Source of the DNA: an uncultured Gemmatimonadales bacterium
GTDB taxonomy: Bacteria > Gemmatimonadota > Gemmatimonadetes > Gemmatimonadales > GWC2-71-9
Length of the DNA: 64,000 bases
Reading direction: 5' to 3'
NCBI GenBank assembly: GCA_963821525.1
Contig: CAWGED010000014.1
Span: 81,960-145,959, forward strand
Shown here: positions 10,166 to 20,294 of the stretch, piece by piece
Layout: each line of letters begins with the position of its first letter
Numbering within the stretch: the stretch's first letter is position 1
The notes under the pieces: generated by a model
Databases searched by the model: none
What the model saw: only the letters and a program-made list of their open reading frames with translations
Told to the model about the DNA's origin: nothing
Made by a program: the position numbers and the translations under genes

Positions 10166-10411
10166 CGGAACACCTCCTGTGTGTGCACTGCGAGACCGTT
10201 TCGGCCGACGCACTGCCACGTGCACCTGACGGCAGCGCGGGCCGGAACGGATTGAAGGTGGGGCTCGCGTGGAGCGATGCTATCCCGCGTCACGAGCGGC
10301 CCTACCTGACAGAGACTGGCCACGCCGGGCGCGTCTCTCATTACGACATTGACCTTCAGCCCATCGGTGTGCAGCCCGTTGGCGAGGTTGACCGGCTCGA
10401 TCTGCCCCGGT

Positions 10412-10645
10412 TCAGGCGTGGTCCGCAACCGCGGTAACTCCCTCATGCCGGGCGCAGCTGGCACAACAGTAGAAAATGCCCTTGGCCTCGATCCCGTGGC
10501 CGATGATCCTGCATCCGCAGTGGTGGCAGGTCGGCGCCAGCATGTGGATGGCGCACTCGAAACTGTCGAATGTATGGGTGCTGCCGGCCGCGACCACCTG
10601 GAACGAAAGGTGGTAGTCGTTACCGCAAACGTCACACTTGGCCAT
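10412..10645 (-). CDS. Small Cys/His-rich metal-binding protein (metallothionein-like)
   Basis: CDVC, FDSFECAIH, CHHCGC, CCASC in 77 aa. Confidence 0.8.
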   Translation of the reverse strand: MAKCDVCGNDYHLSFQVVAAGSTHTFDSFECAIHMLAPTCHHCGCRIIGHGIEAKGIFYCCASCARHEGVTAVADHA

Positions 10646-10728
10646 AACCCCTCCGAAATCGATGCGGCGCCCCGTGCGCCGTGCTCGGAAAGTGGCCAGT
10701 TATGCGGTGCGACGCCAGCCGCCGCCGG

Positions 10729-11064
10729 TCAGCGCCGCCGGCGCCGTTTCCTTGGTGGGGGCTCCGGCACGAACTGCAGGTTGACCGCGAGGAGCTGTCC
10801 CTCGAACCACGCCAGCAAGCGGCCAGTGAACTTTTCGGCCAGGTAGAACAGGTCGCTCTGGGTCTTGGGGCGAATGTGAGCGATCAAGACGCCGTTCGCC
10901 CGGCTCACCTCGATGTAGCCACCTTTGGGACGCTGGGCATGGCGCAAGCGGGTCTTCTTCTTGTTGGCCCAGGACCAGGTTCTGGCCTCTCGAATTCTGG
11001 CGCGCAGCAGCTGGTAGGCGTCGAGATGGCCGGCGGGAATTGCCTGGAGAACCACCATGGGCAT
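10729..11064 (-). CDS. Hypothetical basic protein
   Basis: ORF with RBS (GGAG) and coding-like composition. Confidence 0.6.
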   Translation of the reverse strand: MPMVVLQAIPAGHLDAYQLLRARIREARTWSWANKKKTRLRHAQRPKGGYIEVSRANGVLIAHIRPKTQSDLFYLAEKFTGRLLAWFEGQLLAVNLQFVPEPPPRKRRRRR

Positions 11065-11090
11065 GCTCCGCGTTGGGTGGAGAAGGGGCC

Positions 11091-11138
11091 AGGGAATTTC
11101 AGATTGAAGATTTCAGATTGAAGATTGCTGATTTCAAA
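11091..11138. repeat. Heptamer repeat (GATTTCA/GATTGAA family)
   Basis: agggaatttcagattgaagatttcagattgaagattgctgatttc; same family as 35481 and 36963. Confidence 0.8.
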
Positions 11139-11211
11139 GTGTTGAACATGAGCATGGAGCCGGATTTCCCGACTAGATTCAGGGGTCTTCACAACCGACT
11201 GGAGCTGAGTC

Positions 11212-11574
11212 ATGCCGTACTTGACCCACAAACTTACTCGCGCAGCCCTGCTGGCCGTTACTCTGGCTGCCTGCGCGTCCGGGAGTTCTCAAAAGTCCCC
11301 GAGCCCGGATCAGGGGTCGGAGCCGCACCTGGAAGTGATCAATCGCTCATCCGCTGACGTGGATATCTATCTCGTCCGTACCGGTCAGCGGATCCGGCTT
11401 GGACTTGCTCCCAACAATCAGACCACCAAGTTCTCGCTGACCCCTGCGCTGACGATCGGGGCCGGCACGGTGCGCTTCGAGGCGGTGCCTATCGTGGGCG
11501 GCAACACCATCAGCACCGACCCCACGACCCTCCAGCCCAACGCCACGGTCACCCTCGACGTTCCTCCTCCATAG
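11212..11574 (+). CDS. Hypothetical lipoprotein
   Basis: Lipobox LAAC; LEVINRSSADVDIY...RIRLG. Confidence 0.75.
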   Translation: MPYLTHKLTRAALLAVTLAACASGSSQKSPSPDQGSEPHLEVINRSSADVDIYLVRTGQRIRLGLAPNNQTTKFSLTPALTIGAGTVRFEAVPIVGGNTISTDPTTLQPNATVTLDVPPP

Positions 11575-11660
11575 GGTTAGCCGTTAGCAATTAGCCGGTA
11601 GCTGTTAGCTGTTACGGTCAGGAGGGTGGCATCACCCGACGGCTAACAGCTAACGGCCTA
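11575..11660. repeat. Palindromic heptamer repeat (GCTGTTA)n ... (TAACAGC)n
   Basis: Same family as 472; between convergent genes. Confidence 0.85.
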
Positions 11661-11731
11661 CGGCCCACTCTGTTTAATCACAAAGACAGACCGAGGTGAC
11701 CCGCGGCAAGGGATCATCCGTGGCAGCGCGA

Positions 11732-12725
11732 TCAGTCCGATTGAGGCGCCCGGACAATGCAGCGGAAGCCGACGTGACAGGTGGAGGTGTCGATCGGCTC
11801 GGGATAGCGCGCCGCAGGCCGGTAGCGGCGACAATAGTTGGGCGCGCAGAGATGGGATCCCCCTTTCAGCACCTTGCGGGGGATGCGGATGTTGGGCTGG
11901 CAGAGGTCGTAGCTCTCCTCCTCGCGCGGCCCTCTCGGATTCAGGGGAATACAGCAGGCCTTGGGCGCATCTCCCGGATGGCGAGGCACGTACCAGTCGG
12001 TGGTCCACTCCCAGACGTTTGCCGATCATGTCGTAGAGCCCGTAGCCGTTGGCCGGGAAGGACCCGACCGGCGAGGTGCTCTCGAACCCGTCCTCGACCA
12101 GGTTGCGCCAGGGGAATTCGCCCTGCCAGGTGTTGGCCATGAATCTCCCGCCCGGGAGGAACTCCTCGCCCCAGGCGAAGGCGGCCCCGTCCAGTCCGCC
12201 CCGGGCCGCGAACTCCCATTCGGCTTCCGTCGGAAGCTGCTTCCCTTCCCATCGAGCGAAGGCTTCGGCGTCGGTGTAGGCCACGTGGACCACCGGATAA
12301 TCCGGCCCGGCGATGCTGGTCTCCGGCCCATAGGGATGGCGCCAGTCCGCCGCCTTCATGAACTGCCACCAGTTGGTGTAGTCTCGTAGGTCCACTCTCC
12401 CAGGCGGCATGGTGAAGACGAGCGAGCCGGCGTAGAGCATTTCCGGCTTGGCGCCCGGGTAGTGAGCGGGATCGGGGGGAATCTCCGCGAAAGTCTGATG
12501 CCCGGTTGCGGCAACGAATTTTTCGAACCGCCCGTTGGTGGTCGGGTAGCGGTCGATCCAGAACCCGGCAACCGTCACGCGGTGGACCGGACGCTCCTCA
12601 GGGTAATGATCTTGGGAACCCATGCGGAAAGTCCCGCCTGGGATCCACACCATGTCGGGAAAGGGTGGATCTCCGGGCGGGAGGGAAGATGCGGTGAGCG
12701 GACTCGATGCAGTCATGAACCTCAA
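11732..12725 (-). CDS. Formylglycine-generating enzyme (SUMF1/FGE), frameshift near 12020
   Basis: IPGGTFRMGS, LPTEAEWEFAARGG, NGYGLYDM; C-terminal KGGSHLCAPNYCRRYRPAAR in a second frame. Confidence 0.92.
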
Positions 12726-13018
12726 TCCAGAGCCGGGGACTGGCTGTTCAGTCTACGTCCCCTGCAATCGGGGTCAAGGGAATGCTACCAAGGGGAGGGA
12801 GGGTACGACTAAAGGGTAATCTTCTATTGGTACGACCGTGCCATATCTTGAAACAGACCGAAGAGCGGACGCGCAATGAGTGGGTAACGCGGCAGCCGGG
12901 TCCTCCCAAACAAGCAAGGAAGGGTTTTCTCCTTTCGCTACGCCGACGCAGCGAGCGCCAGCGTGGGCTGACGCTTGTACGGAATGGCCAGACCAAGAGC
13001 GACATGAACGAGGGTAGC

Positions 13019-14340
13019 ATGGCGGACGAGCTGGGCACCATTGCTCAAGAGGCGTACATCTACCTGTACCCTCTGGTCACGATGGATTTGACGCGCCGAC
13101 AGCTCACTAACATCGAGTTCGGCCGGGTGCCGGGTCGTGGTCCGATCAACACCTTCGCCCACATGCGCACCTTCCCCGATGGGGACTTTCGCGATGTGTT
13201 CGGCCGAATTTCGATACCCTGTATTCCACCGCCTGGCTCGACGTGAGCCGGGAGCCGATGGTAATCTCCGCCCCGGAGGCTCAAGGCCGGTATTATCTGC
13301 TGGCGATGCTCGACATGTGGACCGACGTGTTCGCGGTCCCGGGGAAGCGCACGACCGGAACCTGTCCCGGCCACTGGGCGATCGTCGGGCCGGGCTGGAC
13401 CCGCCAGCTGGCTGGTGACCTGGAGCGCATCACCTCGCCGACGCCATTTGTCTGGATGATTGGGCGGACCCAGACCAACGGCCCGGAAGACTACCCAGCG
13501 GTGAAGGCGGTCCAGGACGGCTTCGTCATCACGCCGCTTTCGCAGTGGGGAAGAGAACGGCACCCGCTCAACGGCTCGATAGATCCTACGGTGGACATGG
13601 TGACGCCGCCGCTCGAGCAGATAAACAAGATGCCGCCGCTACAGTTCTTCGCCTACGCGGCCGAGCTGCTAAAGATCAATCCACCCCACTTCACCGATCA
13701 GCCAATCATTGCCCGGATGAAGCGCCTCGGATTGGCGGTGGGAAGGAGCTTCGATACCGAGAAGGCGGATCCAGCAATCCGTCGGGCTCTCGAGCAGGGA
13801 GCGGCGGATGGATTCGAGGCCATGCAGGCGGCAGACCCGGCGATGGGGCGCCTGGTCAATGGCTGGCAGATCAACACGACAACGATCGGAGTGTACGGCA
13901 CCAACTACCTGCAGCGCGCCATCATCGCGATGGGCGGTCTCGGCGCCGACCTGCCGGAAGACACGGTTTGTCCGTTGTTGCTCACCGACAGCGACGGGAA
14001 ACCCATCGATGGCAGCAATCGATACCTGCTCCACTTCGACAAGAGGGATCTCCCTCCAGTCGATGCCTTCTGGTCGCTGACCCTGTATGACCAGAACGGC
14101 TTTCAGGTCCACAATTCGATCAATCGCTTCGCGATCGGCGACCGGGACGATCTCAAGTACAACCACGACGGGTCGCTCGACCTGCACATTCAGCCGGAGA
14201 ATCCGGGGAAGGACCAGGAGCGGAACTGGCTGCCCTCGCCACCGAAAGGCGCGCTGGGAATAACGATGCGACTCTATTCCCCTCGCCCGGAGGTCATAGA
14301 TGGCCGCTGGGCGCCGCCGGCGGTGAAACGCGTCGGGTAA
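13019..14340 (+). CDS. DUF1254/DUF1214 domain protein, frameshift near 13200
   Basis: EAYIYLYPLV, GRYYLLAMLDMWTDVFA, PPVDAFWSLTLY, NWLPSP. Confidence 0.9.
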
Positions 14341-14466
14341 TTTCAGATTGAAGGTGGCTTCGTCTTCCGCATTTCCGGGCCTTCCCGTCGCGTATGCGGA
14401 GTAGAGGAGGCAGGATCAGATCGTGGCGGAGGCTACACGGGGGTTTGTAGGAGCGGTGCTTCCGGC

Positions 14467-14886
14467 TTAACTCAGGGGCTTAACTTGACTGCCGCCCTGG
14501 CTCGAGGCCAATCCCCGTTCGATGGCGTCGAACAAGGCGTGATCGGCAAACGGCTTCTGCAGCACCGTGACAGCCCTGGACCGCTTCAACCGTTCGGTGG
14601 TGCTGGCATCATCCAGCGCGGTAATCAGGACTACGGGAAGGCTGGGCGCAGAGCGGGCGAGATGGTCCTCGAGGTCGGTGCCGCTCATTCCCGGAAGACA
14701 TACATCCGCCACGAGGCAATCGGTGTGGCCGGGATCGTTCGCGAGGAATTGTTCGGCGGTCTCGAAGGGAAGAACGGCGAAGCCCGCAGATCGCAGCAAC
14801 CTGCCAAGCGCACGCCGAACTTCTTCGTCGTCGTCTACTACTGCTATCAGGGGGTTCGCCCGCGGGCGCCCAGTGGCGCGATCCAT
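14467..14886 (-). CDS. Single-domain response regulator
   Basis: IAVVDDD, DVCLPGMSG, LQKPF. Confidence 0.9.
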   Translation of the reverse strand: MDRATGRPRANPLIAVVDDDEEVRRALGRLLRSAGFAVLPFETAEQFLANDPGHTDCLVADVCLPGMSGTDLEDHLARSAPSLPVVLITALDDASTTERLKRSRAVTVLQKPFADHALFDAIERGLASSQGGSQVKPLS

Positions 14887-14897
14887 GGCATCAGGAA

Positions 14898-15602
14898 TTA
14901 CTCCCCGACGCGCATGTCTGCCATTGGACCTTGGGGAAGCCCGCTCGCTCCGCTGTAACTCGGGCTGGGAAATCGAGCCACCGGAGCGGGACCGATTCCG
15001 AGTTGCGTGCCCAGTCGCACCAGTTCGGCGAACGATTCGACTCCCAGCTTCCGCATGACTCTGGCGCGGTGAACCTTCACCGTGCGTTCGCTGGTGCCGA
15101 GCTTCGCTGCCACTTGTTTGTTGAGCAATCCGGCAACCACAAGCGCGAAGACCTGCCGCTCTCGTGGCGTCAGACGAGCGTAGCGCCGGCCTAGCTCGGC
15201 CTGTTCGGCGCGCATCGCCTGTTCGGCGCGATCGATCTGCAGGGCACGGCCCACCGCCGCGAAGAGCTGTCGCTCATCGACCGGCTTGATAAGCATGTCC
15301 ACCGCTCCCCGTCGAATCGCCCGCACCGCGGTCGGCACATCGCCATAACCGGTGATGAAGATGATCGGCATGTGGCAACCGGCTTCATCCAGCGCCTGCT
15401 GCAGATCAAGGCCCGAGAGCTCGGGCATCCTGACATCGAGCACCAGGCAACCGGGGTGTTGGCCCCGTCCGGACTCGATGAAGGCCTTCGCCGAGGGGAA
15501 GGCCCAGGCGGCATAGCCGGTCGACCGCAACAGGCGCTCGAGTGCGCGGCGCACTTCGGCGTCGTCGTCCACCACGCATACGACGGGCTGGTCGTCTGAC
15601 AT
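14898..15602 (-). CDS. FixJ/NodW-type response regulator (REC + LuxR HTH)
   Basis: LDVRMPELSG, LTPRERQV, GLLNKQVA, TVKVHRARVMRKL. Confidence 0.93.
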   Translation of the reverse strand: MSDDQPVVCVVDDDAEVRRALERLLRSTGYAAWAFPSAKAFIESGRGQHPGCLVLDVRMPELSGLDLQQALDEAGCHMPIIFITGYGDVPTAVRAIRRGAVDMLIKPVDERQLFAAVGRALQIDRAEQAMRAEQAELGRRYARLTPRERQVFALVVAGLLNKQVAAKLGTSERTVKVHRARVMRKLGVESFAELVRLGTQLGIGPAPVARFPSPSYSGASGLPQGPMADMRVGE

Positions 15603-16027
15603 CAGGCTGCTCCCTCCTTACCATCGAGAGGATGATCGGTAGACCCGAATGCCGGGTCGGCCAACACGATGAAGCTAAACTTGAGGGACTGCGTTCGAGC
15701 CCACGACACGAGGGGACGCTCGGGCAGTGGCTGGATGAACACACAATTTTGAGTGGGAAACCCGGCTAGATCGGTAGGACTAGATCTAAACGCCGGCGCG
15801 GCAATCCTGCAGAGCACGTGTCCTGAAGATCCAGCTTCAAGCGCCAACCACGTGCCGAGGTACCTGGGCTCAGGGCTTACTCGAGCCACCCCACGTCGCA
15901 AACAATGACTCCGCTTGTCTAAGGTTTGGTACTATTACCCCAACGTCCCACAGTTCCAAGATACAACCAAACTCGCGTTTGCGCCTCCGTCCGGCTGCCC
16001 TGGGCACATAAAGGCCTTACCAAGCGT

Positions 16028-16633
16028 TCAGAACCCGCCTAACACCCGGGGTACTACGGCAGGCACCTGACGGGCATATGCGTCGTAGGTTTCTCCGAAA
16101 GTCGCTCTCAAGAGCCGTTCTTCAACCCGGATTCGAAGTGCCGTCCCAGCCAGGAAAGTCAGCAAACCCGCCCCCAGCCCCAGCGGCCGGGAGAAGGCGA
16201 CACCGGTCGCGAGGAAAAGGCCGAGCATCGCCGTGTAAATCGGGTGCCGCACAAAGCGATAAGGTCCGGTTGTGATCAGGTCGTGGTCTTGAGTGATGCG
16301 AGCCTGAAGGCTCCATTGCTTTCCCAGGGTGCGAATCGACGCGGCACCGAGCCAAGCCGATCCCAATGCTAAGGCTACGGCGAAGCCGGTGAGTACCAGC
16401 CATGTCACAAGCGACATAGGCACAATCGGCGTCCCGTCAGGTCGCCGAGGTCCCCAGACCATGGCAAACCCGGCTGCCTGGATCAGGATGCCGGCCAGGG
16501 ACCCCCGGTCCCGCGCTCGGTCACCGGCGACGGGCCCTCGTCGCCGTAGCAATACACCGGCGCCGAAACCGAACCATCCGGCAAGGACTCCGAACCTGCC
16601 GACGGTAGACAGTGTGCCGGCATCCAGCGTCAT
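16028..16633 (-). CDS. Isoprenylcysteine carboxyl methyltransferase family membrane protein
   Basis: HDLITTGPYRFVRHPIY, EERLL..FGETYDAY. Confidence 0.88.
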   Translation of the reverse strand: MTLDAGTLSTVGRFGVLAGWFGFGAGVLLRRRGPVAGDRARDRGSLAGILIQAAGFAMVWGPRRPDGTPIVPMSLVTWLVLTGFAVALALGSAWLGAASIRTLGKQWSLQARITQDHDLITTGPYRFVRHPIYTAMLGLFLATGVAFSRPLGLGAGLLTFLAGTALRIRVEERLLRATFGETYDAYARQVPAVVPRVLGGF

Positions 16634-16722
16634 TCTACAGTACCCATCGCGAATCGAGAGCGACTCGGGAGACAAGGGATCGATGGGAGCATATGCCCGC
16701 GTGGGGAAGGGTAAGCACCTCT

Positions 16723-17196
16723 TCAGCTCACCTCGAACACGGCCTCGACTTCGACGGCAACGTCATACGGCAGCGCACTTACCCCGACCGCCATGCGGGA
16801 GTGGCGCCCGGCTTCTCCGAACACTTCCACGAACAGGTCGGAGGCGCCGTTGATGACCTGGGAATGTGAGAGGAATGCCGGTTCAGAGTTGACGAACCCG
16901 GCCACCCGGACGCAGCGAACTACCCGGTCCAGGTCTCCATCGAGGGCTTCTCGGAGTTGGGCAATCAGATTGAGGGCGCAGAGCCGGGCCGCCTGTTGCC
17001 CTTCGGCGATTCCGAATTCCCGGCCCAGCTTGCCGATGAAGCGCCGCTCTCCATTCCACTGTGACAGCTGGCCGGTCAAAAAGACGAGGTTCCCGGTGCG
17101 CACGAAGGGGACGTAATTCGCGCCGGGTTTGCTGGGTTGGGGAAGTTCGATTGTGAGAGTCCGCAGCCGTTCGTCGATTCGGGTGACCATGGTCAT
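16723..17196 (-). CDS. RidA family protein
   Basis: NYVPFVRTGNLVFLTGQL, INGASDL, GRHSRMAVGV. Confidence 0.92.
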   Translation of the reverse strand: MTMVTRIDERLRTLTIELPQPSKPGANYVPFVRTGNLVFLTGQLSQWNGERRFIGKLGREFGIAEGQQAARLCALNLIAQLREALDGDLDRVVRCVRVAGFVNSEPAFLSHSQVINGASDLFVEVFGEAGRHSRMAVGVSALPYDVAVEVEAVFEVS

Positions 17197-17206
17197 CCGG
17201 TGGAGG

Positions 17207-17729
17207 TTAGTTGGTGCCGAACCATCGAACGACGCTGATGGCCCAGCGGGAACCCTTCCGGCGCAGCTCGACGAACCACTGGGTGTCGGTGCCGCAGAAG
17301 TCGCCGCAGGCGAGACCGAAATATGCCTTGGCGGTCAGCTGGTCCGCTCCGACCCCCAGCCCGGCGATCGAAATGAGCGGCTCCCGCGAAGCACATTCAG
17401 TGGCTGGTCGGAGAGTCACTTGCGGAGGTGGGGTCACTCCCGCCAGCAACTCGGGGTGGGGGTCGTGAGACCGATCGAATCCAGGAATCCGATGCAGAGG
17501 ATGCCGGAAGCACTGGTCGGCCTGATCCACTCGGATCGCCGAGCACGATGGCGGTATCGAGAATCACGGTGAGGAGCTGAGGATCCTCGGCGCCGTCGAA
17601 CAGGTGACTGAGGCGACCGGCCGGGGCGGATCCCATCTGCGGCAGAGTGTCCGGATACAGTGAATCGGAGCCCTGTGCCGCAAGGGTCTGCGCCGACACC
17701 GCCAGCACAAGCAGCAGACCGCGCACCAT
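17207..17729 (-). CDS. Secreted hypothetical protein, probably frameshifted near 17530
   Basis: Signal peptide in ORF 17397-17729; CGDFCG and ELRRKGSRW end in ORF 17207-17530. Confidence 0.5.
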
Positions 17730-17910
17730 ACTTCAGCCGCGCCGCTTGAAGTACTGTATCGCTCGCTCGTGGCGTTCCGCTGCTGCTCGAGTTTTGAAAG
17801 TGCCGAGGTTCCGCCGTCGGCCGGTTCGAGGATCCTTCCTCCGAGAATAGAGCCGGTAATGGCCCGAAGAGAGTTTTCGAATCACGGGACTGCACCAACC
17901 AAAGAGACTA

Positions 17911-18195
17911 TTAGGTACCTGCGGTTACTCCAGACTGCCACCGGCGAAGCGAAGGAATGTCTCGTGCGAAGCGCCGGGCCAGAAAGCCGGGAAAGTGCAT
18001 TTCCCTGAGCTTCCCCTCTACCTTGGCGACCATCTGGGAGGCGGTGATGTCGGGTTCGGTGAATTGCCCCGCCCGGTAGCAATGGCTGCAATACTCGGCG
18101 CTCCTGGCACCGTTCGCCTCAGTCCCGCCCCCTTCCGGATCTTTGCCGAGGGGCATCCCGCAACTCTGACAGAAGGGTCCCTTGGGGCCGAACAT
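17911..18195 (-). CDS. Zinc-ribbon domain protein
   Basis: FCQSCGMPL, EYCSHCY..GQF, IPSLRRW. Confidence 0.88.
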   Translation of the reverse strand: MFGPKGPFCQSCGMPLGKDPEGGGTEANGARSAEYCSHCYRAGQFTEPDITASQMVAKVEGKLREMHFPGFLARRFARDIPSLRRWQSGVTAGT

Positions 18196-18278
18196 CTGCG
18201 CCTCCCGCGCCGGGCGTTTCGGTGGTACATCGTGATCGCCGGTTCAAACATGGTGCGGCGTACTGTTGGCAGCAAGCG

Positions 18279-18515
18279 TCAGACGGAGCTCCGCAGTCGC
18301 ACGAGGCCGATGAGACTGACAAGTGCCCAGGTTCCTTCGAGCAGGACGAAACCGTATTGCCGCTCCAGCACCGCGACCACGGTGAGCATACTGCCGCCAA
18401 CCAGGTTGAGAAGCTGGTAGGCGAGCGACGTGGTACGCATGCGGCCGAGCTGACTGGCCGCGAAAGGGAACAGGATGAAGAGCGCTCCGATCACGGAGGC
18501 GACCTGGCGGGCCAT
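18279..18515 (-). CDS. Small membrane protein (CBU_0592-like)
   Basis: [23 protein letters not shown]. Confidence 0.75.
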   Translation of the reverse strand: MARQVASVIGALFILFPFAASQLGRMRTTSLAYQLLNLVGGSMLTVVAVLERQYGFVLLEGTWALVSLIGLVRLRSSV

Positions 18516-18558
18516 GGCAATCCCTCGGGGACAACGGTTGTACCGGAGAGCCAGCAAT

Positions 18559-18960
18559 CTACTTGGTCTGGTTTTCTGCTTCGGCCTCCTTGGCTTCGAT
18601 GCTGACGCGCTCATGGCGGATGTCGAGGCGGAGCCGGCCGAACAAGCTCATGTACACATTCGCCACCCAGACCAGCGAAAAGCCGGCGATCACGTAACCG
18701 CGCCAATCGTCATACAGCATGGTGAACCGAGTGACGAAGAGCACCGCGATCGCGACGTAGTGGCTAAAGCAGTACTCGCAGGTGAACAGGAAGAAAAACT
18801 TGCGCTGCCAGAGATGGCGACAATCGTTGCTCTTGTTCAGACACCATTCCCGGGGTTCCCGGAATACCTCTTCGTGAGTCACCGTCCAGGCGATGCACGC
18901 GACCGGTATTGAAAGGAGAAGCAGGTGGACGATCTGCGAACCAAGGGGCATGAGGGGCAT
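18559..18960 (-). CDS. Conserved membrane protein with CEYCFSHY motif
   Basis: [23 protein letters not shown]. Confidence 0.7.
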   Translation of the reverse strand: MPLMPLGSQIVHLLLLSIPVACIAWTVTHEEVFREPREWCLNKSNDCRHLWQRKFFFLFTCEYCFSHYVAIAVLFVTRFTMLYDDWRGYVIAGFSLVWVANVYMSLFGRLRLDIRHERVSIEAKEAEAENQTK

Positions 18961-19006
18961 GCAGGTCGGGTGGGTCAGGCCGCCGTGGGTGCAACCGAAC
19001 CGAGCG

Positions 19007-19657
19007 TCACGGCCGCATCAAGCGGAAGGCATGGGTCCAATCGTTCCGCAGGAAACCCGGTACGCACCAGATCTGGGCCAGGATCTCGACGGCGCGCGCT
19101 CCGACCACGGTGCCCATGTCTTCCTTCTCCCAGCCGAACTGGTCGAGCAGCTTGGCGACCTCGGCCTTCGCGGCGGGGTCGTTTCCGCAGTAGAACATCG
19201 TCGGCTTCCCGCCCTTGAGAACCGGATTGACCATCAGGTCGGAGCCGACGCTGTTGAACACCTTCACGAACCGGGCGTCGGGATAGGCCGCCTGGAGCTG
19301 CTCCATGAGTGATGAGGTAGGGGTCGTGAAATACTTGAGGACGCCGTCCTGGGGAGGATCGTCGGTGATGGGGTTGGTGGCATCCATCACCAGCTTCCCC
19401 TTGATGTTGGGACGACCCGCCTGTTCCAGAGCCGCCATGGCGCCGCTACCCGATACGGCCAGTACGAGAGTGTCAGCCCAGGCGGAAATTTCTTCGAATG
19501 TTCCGGCAGGGATGCCGGTGCTTTTGCTGAAGTCGCCAAGTTTGGCGGGCGTCCGGCTGCCGATTCTGACTTCGTAGCCGTGCTTCTTCAGTCCTTTACT
19601 CAGGGTCTGGCCGACTTCGCCGGAACCCAATACCGCGCAACGCTTCATGTGCCACAT
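19007..19657 (-). CDS. NAD(P)-binding oxidoreductase (F420H2:NADP oxidoreductase family)
   Basis: GSGEVG Rossmann motif, DATNP, VKVFNSV. Confidence 0.88.
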   Translation of the reverse strand: MWHMKRCAVLGSGEVGQTLSKGLKKHGYEVRIGSRTPAKLGDFSKSTGIPAGTFEEISAWADTLVLAVSGSGAMAALEQAGRPNIKGKLVMDATNPITDDPPQDGVLKYFTTPTSSLMEQLQAAYPDARFVKVFNSVGSDLMVNPVLKGGKPTMFYCGNDPAAKAEVAKLLDQFGWEKEDMGTVVGARAVEILAQIWCVPGFLRNDWTHAFRLMRP

Positions 19658-19755
19658 CCTCCAAGAGCCTGTCCGCGCAAACTAATAGCCTCGGCTCCTG
19701 AGGCAACGGACCGCCGGGTCCGTTCCGTCAGCTCCACGTTTCGAGCGTCACCCGG

Positions 19756-20229
19756 CTACGAAGGTCGGGCGGTGGCGGTGCGCGCGGCCAGAGCGCTGGG
19801 CAACCCCACACCCACCAGGTGGATCAGCACACCATTGATGATGACGGGAAGGGAACGGTGCTGCGACGCCACCGCCGAGAGCGGCAGCACGATCTGGGTC
19901 ATGATGAGATAGACCAGCAGACCGTAGAGTGGCCCATACAGAAAGGGTCGCTGGACCAGCGCCGGAAAGCGGCGGCTTACGAGGTAGAAGGTGGTGACGA
20001 TCGAGGAGGCGATGAACACATGAAGGATGAGGCCCAGCAGCGCGGTGCCCATGCCACCCTGAAAGGCGGCCTTTCCGAGGAGTCCCGAGGCGATGCTCTG
20101 GAAGATCAGGATCGGCTTGACACCCCGGAGGCCGAAGAAGATCACCGCATCGAGACCATCGAGAAAAGCAACGGTGAGAGCGCCGAAGAGCAGCGCCTTG
20201 GCGGGGGAGAGAGGGTGGTCGGTGGGCAT
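19756..20229 (-). CDS. Four-TM conserved membrane protein
   Basis: FQSIASGLLG, GLILHVFIA, YG...YLIMTQIVLPLS. Confidence 0.75.
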   Translation of the reverse strand: MPTDHPLSPAKALLFGALTVAFLDGLDAVIFFGLRGVKPILIFQSIASGLLGKAAFQGGMGTALLGLILHVFIASSIVTTFYLVSRRFPALVQRPFLYGPLYGLLVYLIMTQIVLPLSAVASQHRSLPVIINGVLIHLVGVGLPSALAARTATARPS

Positions 20230-20235
20230 GGTACT

Positions 20236-20270
20236 CGGGGAACAGGGAACACAGGGAACAGGGAACGGGG
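20236..20270. repeat. Heptamer repeat (GGGAACA)n
   Basis: About 4 copies just past the merB stop; reverse-complement family at 55743. Confidence 0.75.
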
Positions 20271-20294
20271 AGCCGGTCGCCCGGCGGTGCGGAG

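Noticed and set aside
17193..17729. In-frame TGA between ORFs 17397-17729 and 17193-17396 as a second selenoprotein
   Set aside because: The flanking translation looks out of frame. The protein-like C-terminus is in another frame (17207-17530), so a frameshift explains it better, and I saw no Cys-motif context.
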